A stretch of 64,000 nt of DNA, taken from the NCBI GenBank assembly GCA_964188305.1, contig OZ076893.1. One strand, 5' to 3'. The notes under the pieces were generated by a model. It had not been told where the DNA came from and made no database searches. It worked only from the letters and a program-made list of their open reading frames with translations. This stretch comes from Podarcis bocagei. Its lineage: Eukaryota. Positions 49,903 to 63,351 of the stretch are shown here, piece after piece. Each line of letters opens with the position of its first letter. The first letter of the stretch is position 1. Position numbers and translations under genes: made by a program.

Positions 49903-51045
49903 CTTGTCTTTTAGTATTGTTACTCTGTCTGAGGTGAAAACAAAGAAGTCATCACTATCCTCAAGTGAAAGTCAGGTGGTTCTTCAGCTTTTTTCCACTG
50001 CTTTTGAAAAACAGGTGTTTGTTAAATTGCGAAGCAGCATCAACACTAAAGCAGTTCATCTTTGTAAGTGAGAAAAGAAAAGAAAAAAAAGAACACTATT
50101 TGGTTGGTTATCTTCCAGGATTTACAGTACTACGTTAAATGCAGCTATAATTATACAACTGAAAGACAATTTTCTTCTTCTACATGGCTGTTCTTTCCTT
50201 ATTCTTTAATGGATTACTGCTATTTACCTAATGTATTTCTCCTTCCTAAATGACTTTAGCTTTTTTATTAGTGCTTTAATTTATACAAACAAAGGCAATC
50301 TTCCAGGCTCAAGTCTTCCTTGAGGCCAGCCAACTGCTCTGCTCCTTCATCCTAAACATATGGGTAAATTTCAGCAGCGCAGGAAAAAATACGTGACACA
50401 TCTTCAGATGCCCTTTTTCTTATTTATTTCACAAATCCAAGATTCAGCACAAGTGCTAAGAATAATCACTAGTAACCTGACACAAATTAAACTGAAGCCC
50501 TGAAATATTGTACTGCACATGCCTTCCTCTCTGCAAAAGGTTCCTGCATTTCCCGAGACTGGTTGCTCATGGCACAAAGAACACTGCTGCATACAAAGCC
50601 AGCCCACTGCTCCATCTAGATCAGGGATAGGAGATCCTTTTCTCTGCATTTCCTTGTGGCCAGCCTTCCACATGATGGTGATGAGAATGGACAAAGCTGG
50701 TAGTGTGTGGGATCACCCCACACTTTCTCATGCATGTGCACACACACACAAGCCCATTTGCCACTGCTCATCTGTTTCCGAATCAGCTGGGCAACAGGTG
50801 TAAGAGATCACCAGGAGCAGCTGCTTAGAACTTCCCTCCCTGTGATCTGTCCCCTCTCAGGAGACCAGGAAGCAGATTAGCAGTAGTGAAGAGTGAGATT
50901 TTCCTTTTCGAACCAATCCAGGCACCTTGAAGTGTTGGCTCTCAACACCTTGCTGTTCACCTTTCCCAACACAGGGAGCTCATGATCATGTTTGCAATGA
51001 TCCACCCATATCTCCTTTCTGCTACTACATGAAGTGGGAGTTGCG

Positions 51046-51825
51046 TGTTGAGTCCCACAATTGCCACCCCCCAAAAAATTCACACTTCACACATCAATTT
51101 TTGTTTAAGTTTTTTGGCATAATTTTGGCCACAACTTTATTCAAGTACAAAAAATGTGAGTGGTTGCTTAGGCATTGGTTATGACTATCTGTCCATGCCC
51201 TCAGGGACAGAGCTGGCATTCCGGACACCAATAGAAGCCAGTGTGGGAAACAAGTATTGGGTGAGAAGTGAAGTCGGGCATCAATCTCCCACTACTCACC
51301 CTCATGTTCCTGTGGGGCTTGCACGGCCCAAGTCCATCTCCATGAACAAGGACGAAAGAATGGCAAGCCCCTGGATTCCTTTAACGGAATTCCCATCGCA
51401 TCATTTGGAGGGATAGGCACTTACCCCTCCAAGCACCAATTTAACCAATGCCTAACCGCCAACCTTACAAGTTGTGACGATTTGCTACGCAGTAGGCGAA
51501 AACCAAATGGCACCAGCCAATCAGCCAGATGGCAAAATTCCTACCAGGCCCCCGCACCAAGGCGGACGACCCCATGACAGGCATAGCAAGGTCAAGCGAA
51601 CCGTAGAACCATCCCATTAAAGGGAGGGAGGGCGGGTGATCTGATGCAAAACGGCCAAGAGGACGTCTAACGTCTGGCCCCTGTATTTAAAGACTCTAAC
51701 CCCTCCTCCAAATTTGGCAACAACAAAACTGCCCCAGCAACCCAATCTTAACCCCTTAGGAGGCTTGGGTCTCTCACAAATCATGCCTAGTCATGGCAAG
51801 GTGGCTTGTTACCCCAACCGCAACA
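51046..51825 (-). mobile_element. LTR-like retroelement repeat, copy B (diverged relative of copy A)
   Basis: TGTTG...CAACA ends, minus-strand TTTAAATA (51684-51691) and AATAAAGTTGTGGCC (AATAAA at 51136-51141). No clear TSD; boundaries approximate. Confidence 0.65.
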
Positions 51826-54800
51826 CGTGCTCTCTGTTAGGGAGAACACGCTTTCCCAACGGGAGCGTTTTTGTGATCATGTATGGACTGCTGCTGAAGA
51901 GGGACAGCACTCAGGAGATGTTGGCCGGCTGGTTCAAACAGTTGTGCAGACCAAATCTAGCCCATGGGATGTTGGTTCTCCAGTCCAATCTACACTAATA
52001 TCAGTTGCTGGGAATCACAAATGGAGGGAGTGCTGTTGCATTTGTGTCCTCTTTGCAGTGTTCCCATAGGCATCTGGTTGGTCACTGTTAGAACAGGATG
52101 CTAGACTAGACTGGCCTTCCAGAGCCACCTTCAGTTCTTATGAAGCCAAATAAGTCAGATAAACTTTATGGTGTCTGGGTGTGAAAGATGCTCTAGTTAG
52201 TGATGAGTATAAAGTTAACAAAACTCTGTTGAGGACTTCTTTCTTGGGGGAAGATTGCTAGTATGAAAACTTGGCATAATCAGAAATCCTGAAAATCTCA
52301 AGAGAGTTTTGTTCAATTTTTATCCATTGCTAACTAAAGCATATCTCATATGTCCACATCATAAAGTTTATGTGGCTTGTTAGGCTACCCTTTTCTACTT
52401 TGAGCCACTCCGGGCTGTAAGATCTACTGCAGCACTTGAGGGGGGGACAGTAAAGCAATTTTTAGGATTAATTGCTCAACTTCAAAGATGAAAAAAAAAG
52501 ACAAACAGAAAAATTAAATTCTCTCTTTGGGAAACAGATCTCTAGAAATGCCTAACTGAAATGCATTTCTCAAATCACAGATGTCAACCACCTAAAATTT
52601 TATTTAAGGGCAAAAGATGAGGCCAGGGAGTAAAGTTAAGGGAAGGCCTGTTCAAAATGGGCATTAGGAAGCACATTTTCACTCAGACACTAACAAATGC
52701 CTAGAACAGTTTGCAGAGGAAGTTTCTGAGGTGTCATCAATCAAAGGGGGACTAGATGCTGCTCTGGGAAAAATGACGCAGTGGTAAGTCTCACAGGGCA
52801 AATTCCTTTTTGTCATCCCTAAAGATTAGGTTTGGTGCTATTATTTCCTTTCCTCCTTTTTTCTCTCTTACACAAAGTTCATTTATATTTAATATGACGT
52901 GAAAACATGCAAGCCAGAAACAGATTGCTGTTGAAAAGGATTGATATTTATTTCTACCTCCATTAGACCACAATTTTCTTCCATAGCCGTCTGATCTTTA
53001 ACTCAAGAAGCAAGGCAGTTCACAATACTCAGTTGAATTTCACATTCATAAAAGAGATGTTGAAAATGCTGTTTTCTCCCTACTGAAAGATTGATGTCTT
53101 CAGTTTATATATGAACAGTTGAGATTTTTTTGAAGGAAGCAGTGCTTTATTACAGAGAGTTTTTACACCCTATCCTAACTACAGATCAGAGGACAGGGCA
53201 ACTTACAACACAGCATACAATATGGACAGTGAGATGACATAAAGTGAAATGAAATGAAATAACGCATCCATTATAAAAACAAGAACAATAAGCCTCAACT
53301 GCAATCAATATCAACATATGCATGAGGTAGCTTTAAAAAAATAAATACCCAGTAGTCAAAGAAGGAAGTGGGGAAAGGGAGCAATGGATGAGAATATGAC
53401 AGAATGTATGGCTGGAGAATATCAGTAACATTCTCTTTGTGAATGAAGGTGTATATACAAAATCCGATCACAAGGAATTGTAGAAAAATCAAAGCATGAG
53501 CTTTTCTTTTACATGAAAGCCCATATATCAGGACTGCACAACTTTATGAAGTAGTTAGTTATGTTAAATAGTTCCCAAACAGAGAAATAACTAAGATCAC
53601 TAAAACAAGTTGTTTTTTTAATAGAAAAGTAATAAACCAAACAAATTACTGGCAGCACAACCCAAAAATACAAGTTAAATCAGAGCTTAGGTTTGTATCT
53701 CTGTTTGCTAGCAAAAGGGCTCTAGCATTAGTGGATGCTAATGCGACACCAGAATCCAATGCAATAGTTCACTGCACAACAGATTGTACAATCCATTTTG
53801 CAATGAAGTTACCAGCAACCTGCTTACGAATTCTCTTGTGCAATGGTATTCCATAGGCAAAAGACATTCACCAGGAGAACAATGATAGTATAAGCGATTT
53901 TTTGGGGGGGGAGGGGTGTTGCAAAGTGCACAAGATCACATTACTGTAAATGACTTTAACAATGGATACAACACACAGTTACAGCACTAAAACATTATAC
54001 CATGTTCTTTTGAGGTGAAAACCTACCACACCACTTCTGTCAATCTATGTGGATGCCATAGTTCTCCACATATTTCCCTAAAGCTTTGAAGTTTATGGAC
54101 ACGGGCCAAACTTCCTTACCCGGCGCCAATTTGACAACATGAAATAACATACTCAAGGGATGCTAGAAGCTGACATGTCAAAAAGAATACTATCAGAAAG
54201 TGCTGCCCCTCCTTGCCCCCTATTCAAGCATCTGAAGTTAGTGAAGGCGCTCAACAGTCACGCTGACAGCTCTGGTGTTTTGTAAAACCCATCAACCTAC
54301 ACGTTACCTGTCGTGAAGGTACCTATCTATCTTTCTGACATCCGCCCTTTCTGAATATAAGCCTCAGTGCAGTAGAAAATCATAGAGCTGGTACATTCCA
54401 GTAAACACTAAGAAGCTGAATCCAATTTTATCATGCTATGTATTTCTTTTTTTTTAATCACCACTGACAAAAGATTCGTTGAAATACAGTGGCAGCGCAA
54501 CACTGAAAGCCTCTAATTTTCTGTTCAAGGTACTGCATATGCATCAGCAAGAGAGCTGTGGCACAGACTTCACGCTAATATAATGCTTCAAGAACCAGGT
54601 CTTTCAAGAATAAAAACAGAGGGCAATTTTGCACAGCAGTTATTTCTTGATGTGTGTGTAAAGTATTTATTTTATTTTGACAATATCTACTTTAGAAGTG
54701 AGGCAGAAGAAGGAGTTATATTTAATCTATGCTTTTTGACCTTAAACAGTGAAGGCTGTGCCAAAATAGAGAACAATTTAATGCTCCAAAACATCTTTAT

Positions 54801-56119
54801 TTTTCCCTCCACTTCCTTATGGAGAACAAAGGAAAAGCCTGCATGTCCACTCAGAGGACTAAAGGCCAAATGTGATGGGATGAAGCCCACGAAGAGGACA
54901 GTGTGCATATCTTTAAAGGATTTTAGTGGCAGCTGTGCTGAGGGGAATTCAATTTGGGACTTTACCACTATGGGGAAGGGGATTTCTCTTCCCCCTCAGT
55001 AATTTGTCCAATGAAAAAAATCATTCCTCCAACTGCTATATTCCTTGGGCCAGTTGGGATGTGTAGAGAGAAATGTACATATGGAATCTGTAACTGTATA
55101 TGGACACGTATCTCCAAACAGCAGCTGGGGGAGGTGGGCGGATGCCAACCAGATTTTTCATTGGGTAAATGTCATGGTGGAAAAGGTTAATTCTCCTACT
55201 GAAGCACTGTATTCCCAGTCTGCCTCCTTGAAGGCAGATTCATGGATCTTATTCACAGATCATCTGTTGTTTGGCCCCAAATATAGATTTTGCATAGTTC
55301 TAGATGTTCTGTGGAATAAGCAGTTGAGTACATCTTGAGAAAAGATTCAGAACCCACAAACTGTGATTTAAACATTTTGTGGATATTACCTCAGTTCAGG
55401 TCAATCTCCATTGCAGCTTAATCCAAATTCAAACTGAATAAATTTGGAAACCATAACAGTAATTCCTTGGTCTCAGTCATGCTCCATACCTTTCATGTTA
55501 CTGACTTTATTTAGATATTATGCTAATAAATATATGCACTATATAGACTTTTTGTATAACCTTCTAGTAATTTATGCAAACGTGCAGTGCTTTCTTTCAT
55601 AACCTCTAACAGGCCTCCTGACAATTTCTGGTTTGATTTCAGCGTCATGGCTAGGTTCCAGTGCAGGGAATTCCATTCTGTCTATTAACTCCCCGTGACC
55701 ACTGCAAATCAATACAATGTTCTTTATGTCCATAAAGGCTTGCTGCTCTACTGGTTTTCTGTTTATTGAATGCTCATTTAATATACCAACACATTTGCCC
55801 ACAAAACACAAAATGCAAGATCAGTGGCACCTTGGGTACTGCTTTTGTGCAATAGGTACTATATTTGAGGGAGACAGAAAATATTGCTTTGGTTCAATGC
55901 TCCCATTCCAAAAGAACTTATGCAGCACAAACCGTGCCACAAATTATATCTATGGACAGCATAATACAGGGAAGTCGCAATATGGGCAAAAGGCGACAGG
56001 AAGCCACATTCAGTTAAGCACTCTCTGTAGTTTATGGGCATAAAAAGCACACTTTACAACTTGTTTGTTAGCATTTCATTTTGCTTTACTGTGAAAAAGC
56101 TTCTCACTAAACATAAAAT

Positions 56120-56485
56120 ATCATAGAATTGTAGAGTTGGAGGAGACCCTGAGGCTCATCTACAGTAGTCCAAGCCCCTACAATGCAAGAATCTCAACTA
56201 ATGCGCCCAACTTCTGCTTAAAAACCTCTGATGGCTATCTGACCTCTGTTTAAAAACCTCCATTGAAGTAGAGTATACCACCTCCCAAGGGAGTCCATTC
56301 CACTGTCGATGTTTAGTTAGAACCTCCTTTCTTGTAACTTGTACTTCATTTGTGTCCTAGACTCTGAAGCAGGAGAAAACAAGCTTGCTCCATCTTCCAT
56401 GTCAAGCCCTTTCAACATTTGAAGATGGCTCTCATATCTCCTCTCAGTCTCCTCTTCTCCAGGCTAAACATACCCAACTCCCTTA
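56120..56485 (-). mobile_element. CR1 LINE 3' fragment
   Basis: The minus strand reads ELGMFSLEKRRLRGDM-like ORF2 end and terminates in TCCAACTCTACAATTCTATGAT. Confidence 0.88.
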
Positions 56486-57799
56486 TAATGCTTCCATTTC
56501 CCCCTTGTTACCATTGCAATAAAAAATCAAGAAATAGCAGAAGATACATGACGCTAAACATGATAAATATTTAACAGCAGCTGTACACCTTTTCTTGAAA
56601 ACTTTAGGTCAATCGGAAAATTATAAGGTTTGTAAATAGTCCAAAAACACATTCTTCTTTTTTGTTTCTCAGGCTATATAGTTCTTGCATCTTCATATTG
56701 TTGAAAGTATCTAGCTTCCTCACTGTGGCTATTACTCTTATTCCCTTTTTAATGTTCTTGTAATGTCTACGCATTCTTATCTAATTTCACTCACTTCTGC
56801 CTTATATGGGCTTTCCAAACTAATCTGTAGCCCCAAAATCCCCATTTCATCAGACTTTGTAACAGCAATTTGGAAAATCTTCCATAGTGTAGAAATTTCT
56901 CTTCCAGGTTCTTATAGTCTGAGGACTCAATTCTTCATTTATCCCAAAAGAAAAATTAATGTCCTTAAAATCTGCTACAGCTTTCCACCAAGCATTGAAT
57001 TGATGTCCTTTGTTGGATTCCTATTAACATTTGTGAACCTTTTTCTCTTACACTCTGGTGAAAAGTGTGTAATGACTCTGCCTAATATTTATAATGATTA
57101 AAATACAGATTGATGTTGATACACTTTGGTTCAGTTTGAATGTTACATTCCTGGCTTAAAGAGTTATAGTTTGTTAAGGAGGGTATAAGTGTTGGATCCA
57201 GGTGCTTTCTTCTCCCTTTTGCCAGTGGATCGATCCTGGTTTGTTCCCATTGTATCCATTCAGGCATCATGCTAAACCAGAATTTAGTTTGATGCGACTA
57301 AGTCTGGGTGATCCTTGGGTTTGCATATTCGCTGCACATTTCTTCTAGTGCAGTTGTTTGGAAGCATTCACTACTATTTTTGCTTAGCTGCAGTTCACTG
57401 CTTTGCCCATACTGACAAACTGTGGTTAAGGCTACCTATGGTTTGTTTGAAATAAGAGAATTTGAAATCATAGGTTGAAGTTTCCATCTTTCAAACAAAC
57501 CATGGGTCATGCCATGTTTCCCTGCTTTGTTTCCCAGTGCATGACATCTGAACGCAGCCGTTATGTCTGAAACAGTGGTTTAATGTTGGTTTGAGCCCAC
57601 TTAGTAAACAGATGTTACATCACATTTCTCAGCTTACAGATGCAGTTGGGAACAGTAGTTTAAACAGACAAAGACTGAAGTGCTGAAGCTGGACTCTGAA
57701 GCGCACAGACTAAGAGATAGAGCTAATTTCTGGCTCAACAAAATATTATTTAATTTATTTATTATTTAACAAAAATTATATACCATTTACTAGAACAAA

Positions 57800-58511
57800 C
57801 CCCTTCATGGATCACTGCCTTGCCGTGGCGAAGGGGCTTTAATAACTCAGAGAAGCTATGAGCTATGCCGTGCAGGGCCACCCAATATGAACAGGTCATA
57901 GTGGAGAGTTTTGACCAAATGTGATCCACCTGGAGCAGGAACTGACAAGCCACTCCAGTATCCCTGCCAAGAAAACTCCATGGACAAAGACAGCAATGAC
58001 AAACCCAGACAGCATCTTAAAAAGCAGAGATATCACCTTGTCAACAAAGGTCCGTATAGTTAAAGCCATGGTTTTCCCAGTAGTGATGTATGGAAGTGAG
58101 AGCTGGACCATAAAGAAGGCTGATCGCCAAAGAATTGATGCTTTTGAATTATGGTGCTGGAGGAGACTCTTGAGAGTCCCATGGATTGCAAGAAGATCAA
58201 ACCTATCCATTCTTAAGGAAATCAGCCCTGAGTGCTCACTGGAAGGACAGATTATGAAGCTGAGGCTCCAATACTTTGGCCACCTCATGAGAAGAGAAGA
58301 CTCCCTGGAAAAGACCCTAATGTTGGGAAAGATTGAGGGCACAAGGAGAAGAGGACAACAGAGGACGAGATGGTTGGACAGTGTTCTCGAAGCTACCAGC
58401 ATGAGTTTGACTAAACTGCAGGAGGCAGTGGAAGACAGGAGTGCCTGGCGTGCTCTGATCCATGGGGTCACGAAGAGTCGGACACGACTAAACGACTAAA
58501 CAACAACAAGA
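57800..58511 (+). mobile_element. Internally deleted (bipartite) BovB LINE: ~190 bp of 5' region fused to the last ~520 bp
   Basis: The 3' part encodes an uninterrupted BovB C-terminus (DSILKSRDITL...AFELWCWRRLLRVPW...HGVTKSRTRL) plus a (CAA)n tail. The 5' part resembles the BovB 5' UTR (GAGCTATGCCGTGCAGGGCCACCCAA...CCACTCCAGTATCCCTGCC). TSD AGAACAAA at 57792-57799 and 58512-58519. Confidence 0.92.
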
Positions 58512-60398
58512 AGAACAAAAGACCACTATGCAGTTTACAATAAGTACCTAAAACATTCATTTAAAATACCAAATACAAAACAAACAGAAAAAACAAGTTC
58601 CATAAAGGTATAGATTTTAAAATGCTAATTTTAAAACACATACCTATTAAATGCATGTGTCAAAATTACAGGCCCAGGTAGGCTTGCTGGAACAATAAAA
58701 AAGTTTTTAGCAGACACCAAAAACAATACAGTTATGGAACTAGCCTAATATAAATGGAAGAGGAATTCTAAAGTGTAGGCGATGCCACGCTAAAATATGG
58801 AGCCTTTGCAAGTGTGTAATGATAATTATGTGGAACTTGTAAAAGGGCCAATCCCACAGATCTAAGCAGTTGAGAAGGTTTATTAAGTTAATTAAGCCAG
58901 AAACATTATCTCCGAAAAGCCCCTTTGAGTGTTTCCCCCCGATTGCATGTAAGTGACCCCTAGGTCTGCTCCACATGGACGTTTTGAAGAGCCATTATAA
59001 TGTCTGCTGGTCTATCATGCAAGCACAATGACAAATAAAAGGCAGGTGCTAAAATGCAATTTTCAAAAAACATAAACAAAAGCTCTATTCGCACCAATAT
59101 TTCAATCAAACATTTAACAGCATTTAATTAAATAAATATGCAGTCAAAGAATCAATCTTGCACTGAATGCGGGAAACCAGACTTATTTTGACATTTAACC
59201 ACGTTGTACTACATTTCTCCCTTGTGTCAAAAGATAGCAGCAATGGTAGCATCTGTGCTAGCTACCATGTTCTAGGACAAACACTTTCCTAAACAACAGT
59301 AATTTGTTCAGCAGGACCTCTTTTCAGTAGACCTCTTTCCTTTTTGTTTTTGTTGTGGGTTTTTAAAATTCATTTTTTTTTTTGTCTGAGTTTGATGGGA
59401 GTGAAAAGAAATTAAATGACTTCCCCAAGGCCAGAAAGAATTCAACAGCTCAGTATATATTACAACCATCACTGCCTCCACTCCAGTGTCCTTTATCCCA
59501 GCCAATAGACTCTGCAACTCTTACATATTCAGCCAAATGCCACATTTTATTAGTTTGAACTGAATACCTGCTTAGAACAACCATGCTTCTGTATTATTTG
59601 CAAATTAGGCCACGTAAGATCAGGAGAATTGAAAAACAAGGGAATACCTGTACACAGAAAAGATGTCTCTTAGCAAAATCAGTTACGGTTTGGCTGACGT
59701 ATCATAACCGATTCCAAATATTAACATGTCAGCATGTTTAGTCTATTTGTCCACACCTTTCATAGGCAACCAGGAACACCTACCGATTATTTCCCCCTTT
59801 CTTATAAACCAGTACCTTAGAATCTTTGTATTCTGCTTTCGCGGAATAAAAAGCAGCCTGTGTCATAAAGCTATAGCAACCTAGGCTTGGTAAGTGGGTC
59901 AGAGCTGGGTGGTTTTCCTGCCCGCAAAAATAATCATCACTCTGAACACTTCTTTTCAGAAAAGTCATGTGCAGAGCTGTGCCACCTTTGCTTTAATAGT
60001 AGAAGCCAAAAGGCTCCTAAGGCTGGAGATGCATGAGATAACATCACAGTAAACTAAGACTGTGTTCCATAGATGCCCTTCCAAGTCTACCTTCAAACCT
60101 GATGATGTACCAGCAAACAAATGCAAGCTGAAGCCCTTCGGTTTTGCCCTTCCCTGCTGGACCTGTCATTTGCCACCTCTGCTGCTCCCTCCACCCAACT
60201 ATCACCTCCTAACCACTGATAAGAGAAGTATCTGGCAACTGGCTGGCAGGGTCTTGTTAGCATACCTTAGTTGGAGTTAGAAGAGGAGTCAGTAATAGGT
60301 GGAGGAGACAGCAGTAGCAAAGTATGGAGCCAGCAGGGAGCTGAAGAATTGAAGGAGTGTCTTCAAGTTGTTGGGCTATTGACAACTCAGGTGGTACT

Positions 60399-60399
<1 letters not shown>

Positions 60400-60474
<75 letters not shown>
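60400..60474. repeat. Compound (TTG)n(TTA)n microsatellite; a second one at ~60636-60687
   Basis: Seen directly. Confidence 0.97.
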
Positions 60475-60475
<1 letters not shown>

Positions 60476-60571
60476 ACCTCAGTCCAAAGATCACAGGGTG
60501 GTTTAAAAAACACAAAAATGCATACCATAATAACAAACAAAAACAATACCCCCACCCCATTAATAATAATT

Positions 60572-60635
60572 TTGTTGTCGTTTAGTCGTGCCCAACTCTT
60601 TGTGACCCCATGGACCAGAGCACGCCAGGCACTTC

Positions 60636-60638
<3 letters not shown>
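60572..60638 (-). mobile_element. BovB extreme 3' tail fragment
   Basis: Reverse complement of 58436-58505 with a few mismatches. Confidence 0.85.
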
Positions 60639-60675
<37 letters not shown>

Positions 60676-60689
60676 ATTATTATTATTCT

Positions 60690-61032
60690 TTTATTTATAC
60701 CCTGCCCTTCCCAGTTCAAAAAACCAGGCTTAGGGCGGCTAACAACAAATTTTAAACACTTAATTGTAAAAGCAGCATAAAATACAGTATAAAAACATGA
60801 ATAATAATAAAATTCAAAGTTCAGAAATCAATTTAGGGGAAATCCATCTAATAAACATTAGATAATCACCAGGGCTAGCTGGCTGAATTAGTCAATTTAG
60901 AAAGCTATAGGTTGTTTAATTGGCCAAAGGCCTGGGATGAATGTTTTTGCCTGGCACATATAGATATATAATGAGGGAGTCAGGTGAGCATCCCTGGAAG
61001 AGAGCATTATACAAGCTGGGGGTCACTGCAGA
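60690..61032 (-). mobile_element. L2-type 3' end fragments with a (TTG)n(TTA)n tail
   Basis: TTTATACCCTGCCCTTCC...AGGGCGGCTAACA terminal stem, plus a decayed ORF2 end at 60920-61032. Confidence 0.6.
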
Positions 61033-62216
61033 ATGAAGCGAGCTTGAAGTTAAGTCTGAGCTAAACCAAACCCATGACTTGGCAATCTTCTTTGTAAATC
61101 ACCCAGGGTGAAGGCCTGATTTCATGGCCTGCAAACATAGCAAACACTTTGTCTCATATTACATAGGAAGAGAAGGAGGTAGCATGCTCTTCTCGATGCC
61201 CCAGTTATCTGGGCAATAGCAGTGACCATTCAGAGTGATGGGCACCCAGAATGAAGACAATGTGCCGTGCTCTGAATTGGCCATGTTTGTTTTCAAAGTG
61301 CTAAATCTAATAGACTATTTGACATAATTACATTCATAATGTGATTCTTGATGCAAACAGATTAAAAAAAAAGTAAGCTTACAAGGGGTCTTCCAAAGGA
61401 CTCCAGGGACTCAAAAAATGTATTTGTGATGCCAAAATCTTCTTCTGTGAACAATCAGGACAGTTTTATTCTGCAGAATCCCATCTAAATTATCTTTATT
61501 GCACCTGTCTTGTTAAAAGCCAATATAAATAATGGTGGCTGCACTGATTCCCAGCCTGGTAGCTGGCACTGGTACAATCCCACAAACACTCCAATCTGAT
61601 GTGAGTTGGGGGCATCAGACTGTATTATTTGGCTATAAAATAGAGGCGGGGACATATAAAAGGAAATAATATTGAAGATTAAGTCAAGGACTCGCCTTTG
61701 TATTCAGAATCAGTCTCCAAAATGCCAACTCTACTAGCTACAGCTTTAGTGGGTCTTTGAAATTCCTATTGCTTGGTTTTTATAGGAACCTGAGTAAAGA
61801 ACATTAGCTCTGTTGCTGCAATCTCACAAAGCCAATTGGATCTTTAAAGCAGTGAAATGGTCGAAGTCATTTCGAAGTAAATAGGGTGTAAATGTAAGTG
61901 ATTCAAGAACTGGACAGCAATGGGGAACGCACACATTACATCATTCATTTGATAACTGCAGGTATAGCTTTTCTAGCTACCTGCAGCCGTCATGGACCAC
62001 TGCCTGTTAGTTCATTAGAAGCATGACCCAACACAACAGGAGTCAAGCTGGGAGGGGATAAAGACCATTCTGCACCTGTTTTCATTCAATACAAGTCCAT
62101 TTAGGGGATCAGCTGCACTATTTCAGCAGGTCCAATTCTTACCCTGCAGACACATCATTCTGTGCAGACTAAACAACTCTCATAGCTGACACCATGAACA
62201 GGCTACCTCCTCCTGA

Positions 62217-62354
62217 AGCACCCTTTCCCATCCTTAAGTCCCCAGATGTTGTTGTGTTACAACTCCCATCATCCCTAGAAGCAGGGCCAGTGGTCAGGAA
62301 TGATGGGAGTTGTAGTCCAACTACACCTGGAGATCCAAGGTTGAGAAAGGCTGT
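62217..62354. mobile_element. ~135-bp palindromic hAT-type MITE (related decayed copies at ~1385-1510, 9080-9155, 13535-13652, 14187-14308, 45740-45873)
   Basis: Internal inverted arms ACAACTCCCATCAT / ATGATGGGAGTTGT and the end AGGTTGAGAAAGGCTG; the motif recurs at the listed sites. Confidence 0.75.
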
Positions 62355-63073
62355 CCTAAAGTGTCTTGGAGCATGAAGTCTCTGCCTTTTTCTAGGATGC
62401 TTCCTGTGGTCCAGATGGCATGCTGCATCCTGAAGCCAGGAGCATGGGGTGCTGCCCGTTGAGGCTGGGACTATACATTGCAACCAAGCTGTGCTCAGCA
62501 CCAAAACCAGTTGTCCCACCACATCTCTTTCTCCTCTCCCTCGTGTAACATTCAGGACATAGCATCATCATGTTTTGAAATCCCCTTCCAGTTGCTGGGG
62601 GAAGGAAATGCACAACGTGATGACATTATATCTCACCTTTCCTCTACTAAGCTCATAGGGGAGAGAGGAGAGGGGAAAGAAGATGCGAGAAAGTGCCGGA
62701 ACTGTGGCTTAGTGCCAGCAGACGAATTACATAGGTGGTGATCTTGCCTGAGTATTCAGACCTTTCAGATTCAAATTAAAAGGGACATCTAGAGGGTGAC
62801 TGGCTATGCATTAACATTGGAACAAAAAAAACCCCCCAAAACCCCCCAATGCTGTTGGAATTTAACTAAGTTTAAAGATTTAAATATACCCAGAGTATGT
62901 CGTATAACATTTAACAGTTTGATGCAGCAACTGAACTAGTCATAGCCCTCAAACAGGGACGTCCCAAGAATACCAAGACCACAACTACAAAAACGACTGT
63001 GGTTTTGCACTTATCATAATGAATGAAATTGCCTGACTGAGATGGAATGCAACAGAAACCAAAGATCTGTGAC

Positions 63074-63123
63074 AAGAAGAAGAAGAAGAAGAAGAAGAAG
63101 AAGAAGAAGAGGAGGAGGAGGAG
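63074..63123. repeat. (AAG)n(GAG)n microsatellite, SINE tail
   Basis: Seen directly. Confidence 0.97.
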
Positions 63124-63351
63124 TTTGGATTTGATATCCCGCCTTTCACTCCTCTTCAGGAGTCTCAAAGCGGCTCACATTCTCCTTTCCCTTCCTCCCC
63201 CACAACAAACACTCTGTGAGGTGAGTGGGGTTGAGAGACTTCAGAGAAGTGTGACTGGCCCATGGTCACCCAGCAGCTGCATGTGGAGGAGTGGGGAAGT
63301 GAACCCGGTTCCCCAGATTACGAGATGACCACTCTTAACCACTACACCACA
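63124..63351 (-). mobile_element. Squam3-like tRNA/CORE SINE with a microsatellite tail
   Basis: Minus head TGTGGTGTAGTGGTTAAGAG...GGTTCACTTCCCC, CORE-like body and L2-type 3' end. The (AAG)n(GAG)n tail is at 63074-63123. Confidence 0.85.

Noticed and set aside
57896-58471. 191-aa antisense ORF
   Set aside because: It is the reverse strand of the BovB ORF, with no independent coding evidence.
60271-60733. Poly-Leu ORFs resembling signal or TM peptides
   Set aside because: Translation of (TTG)n(TTA)n microsatellites.
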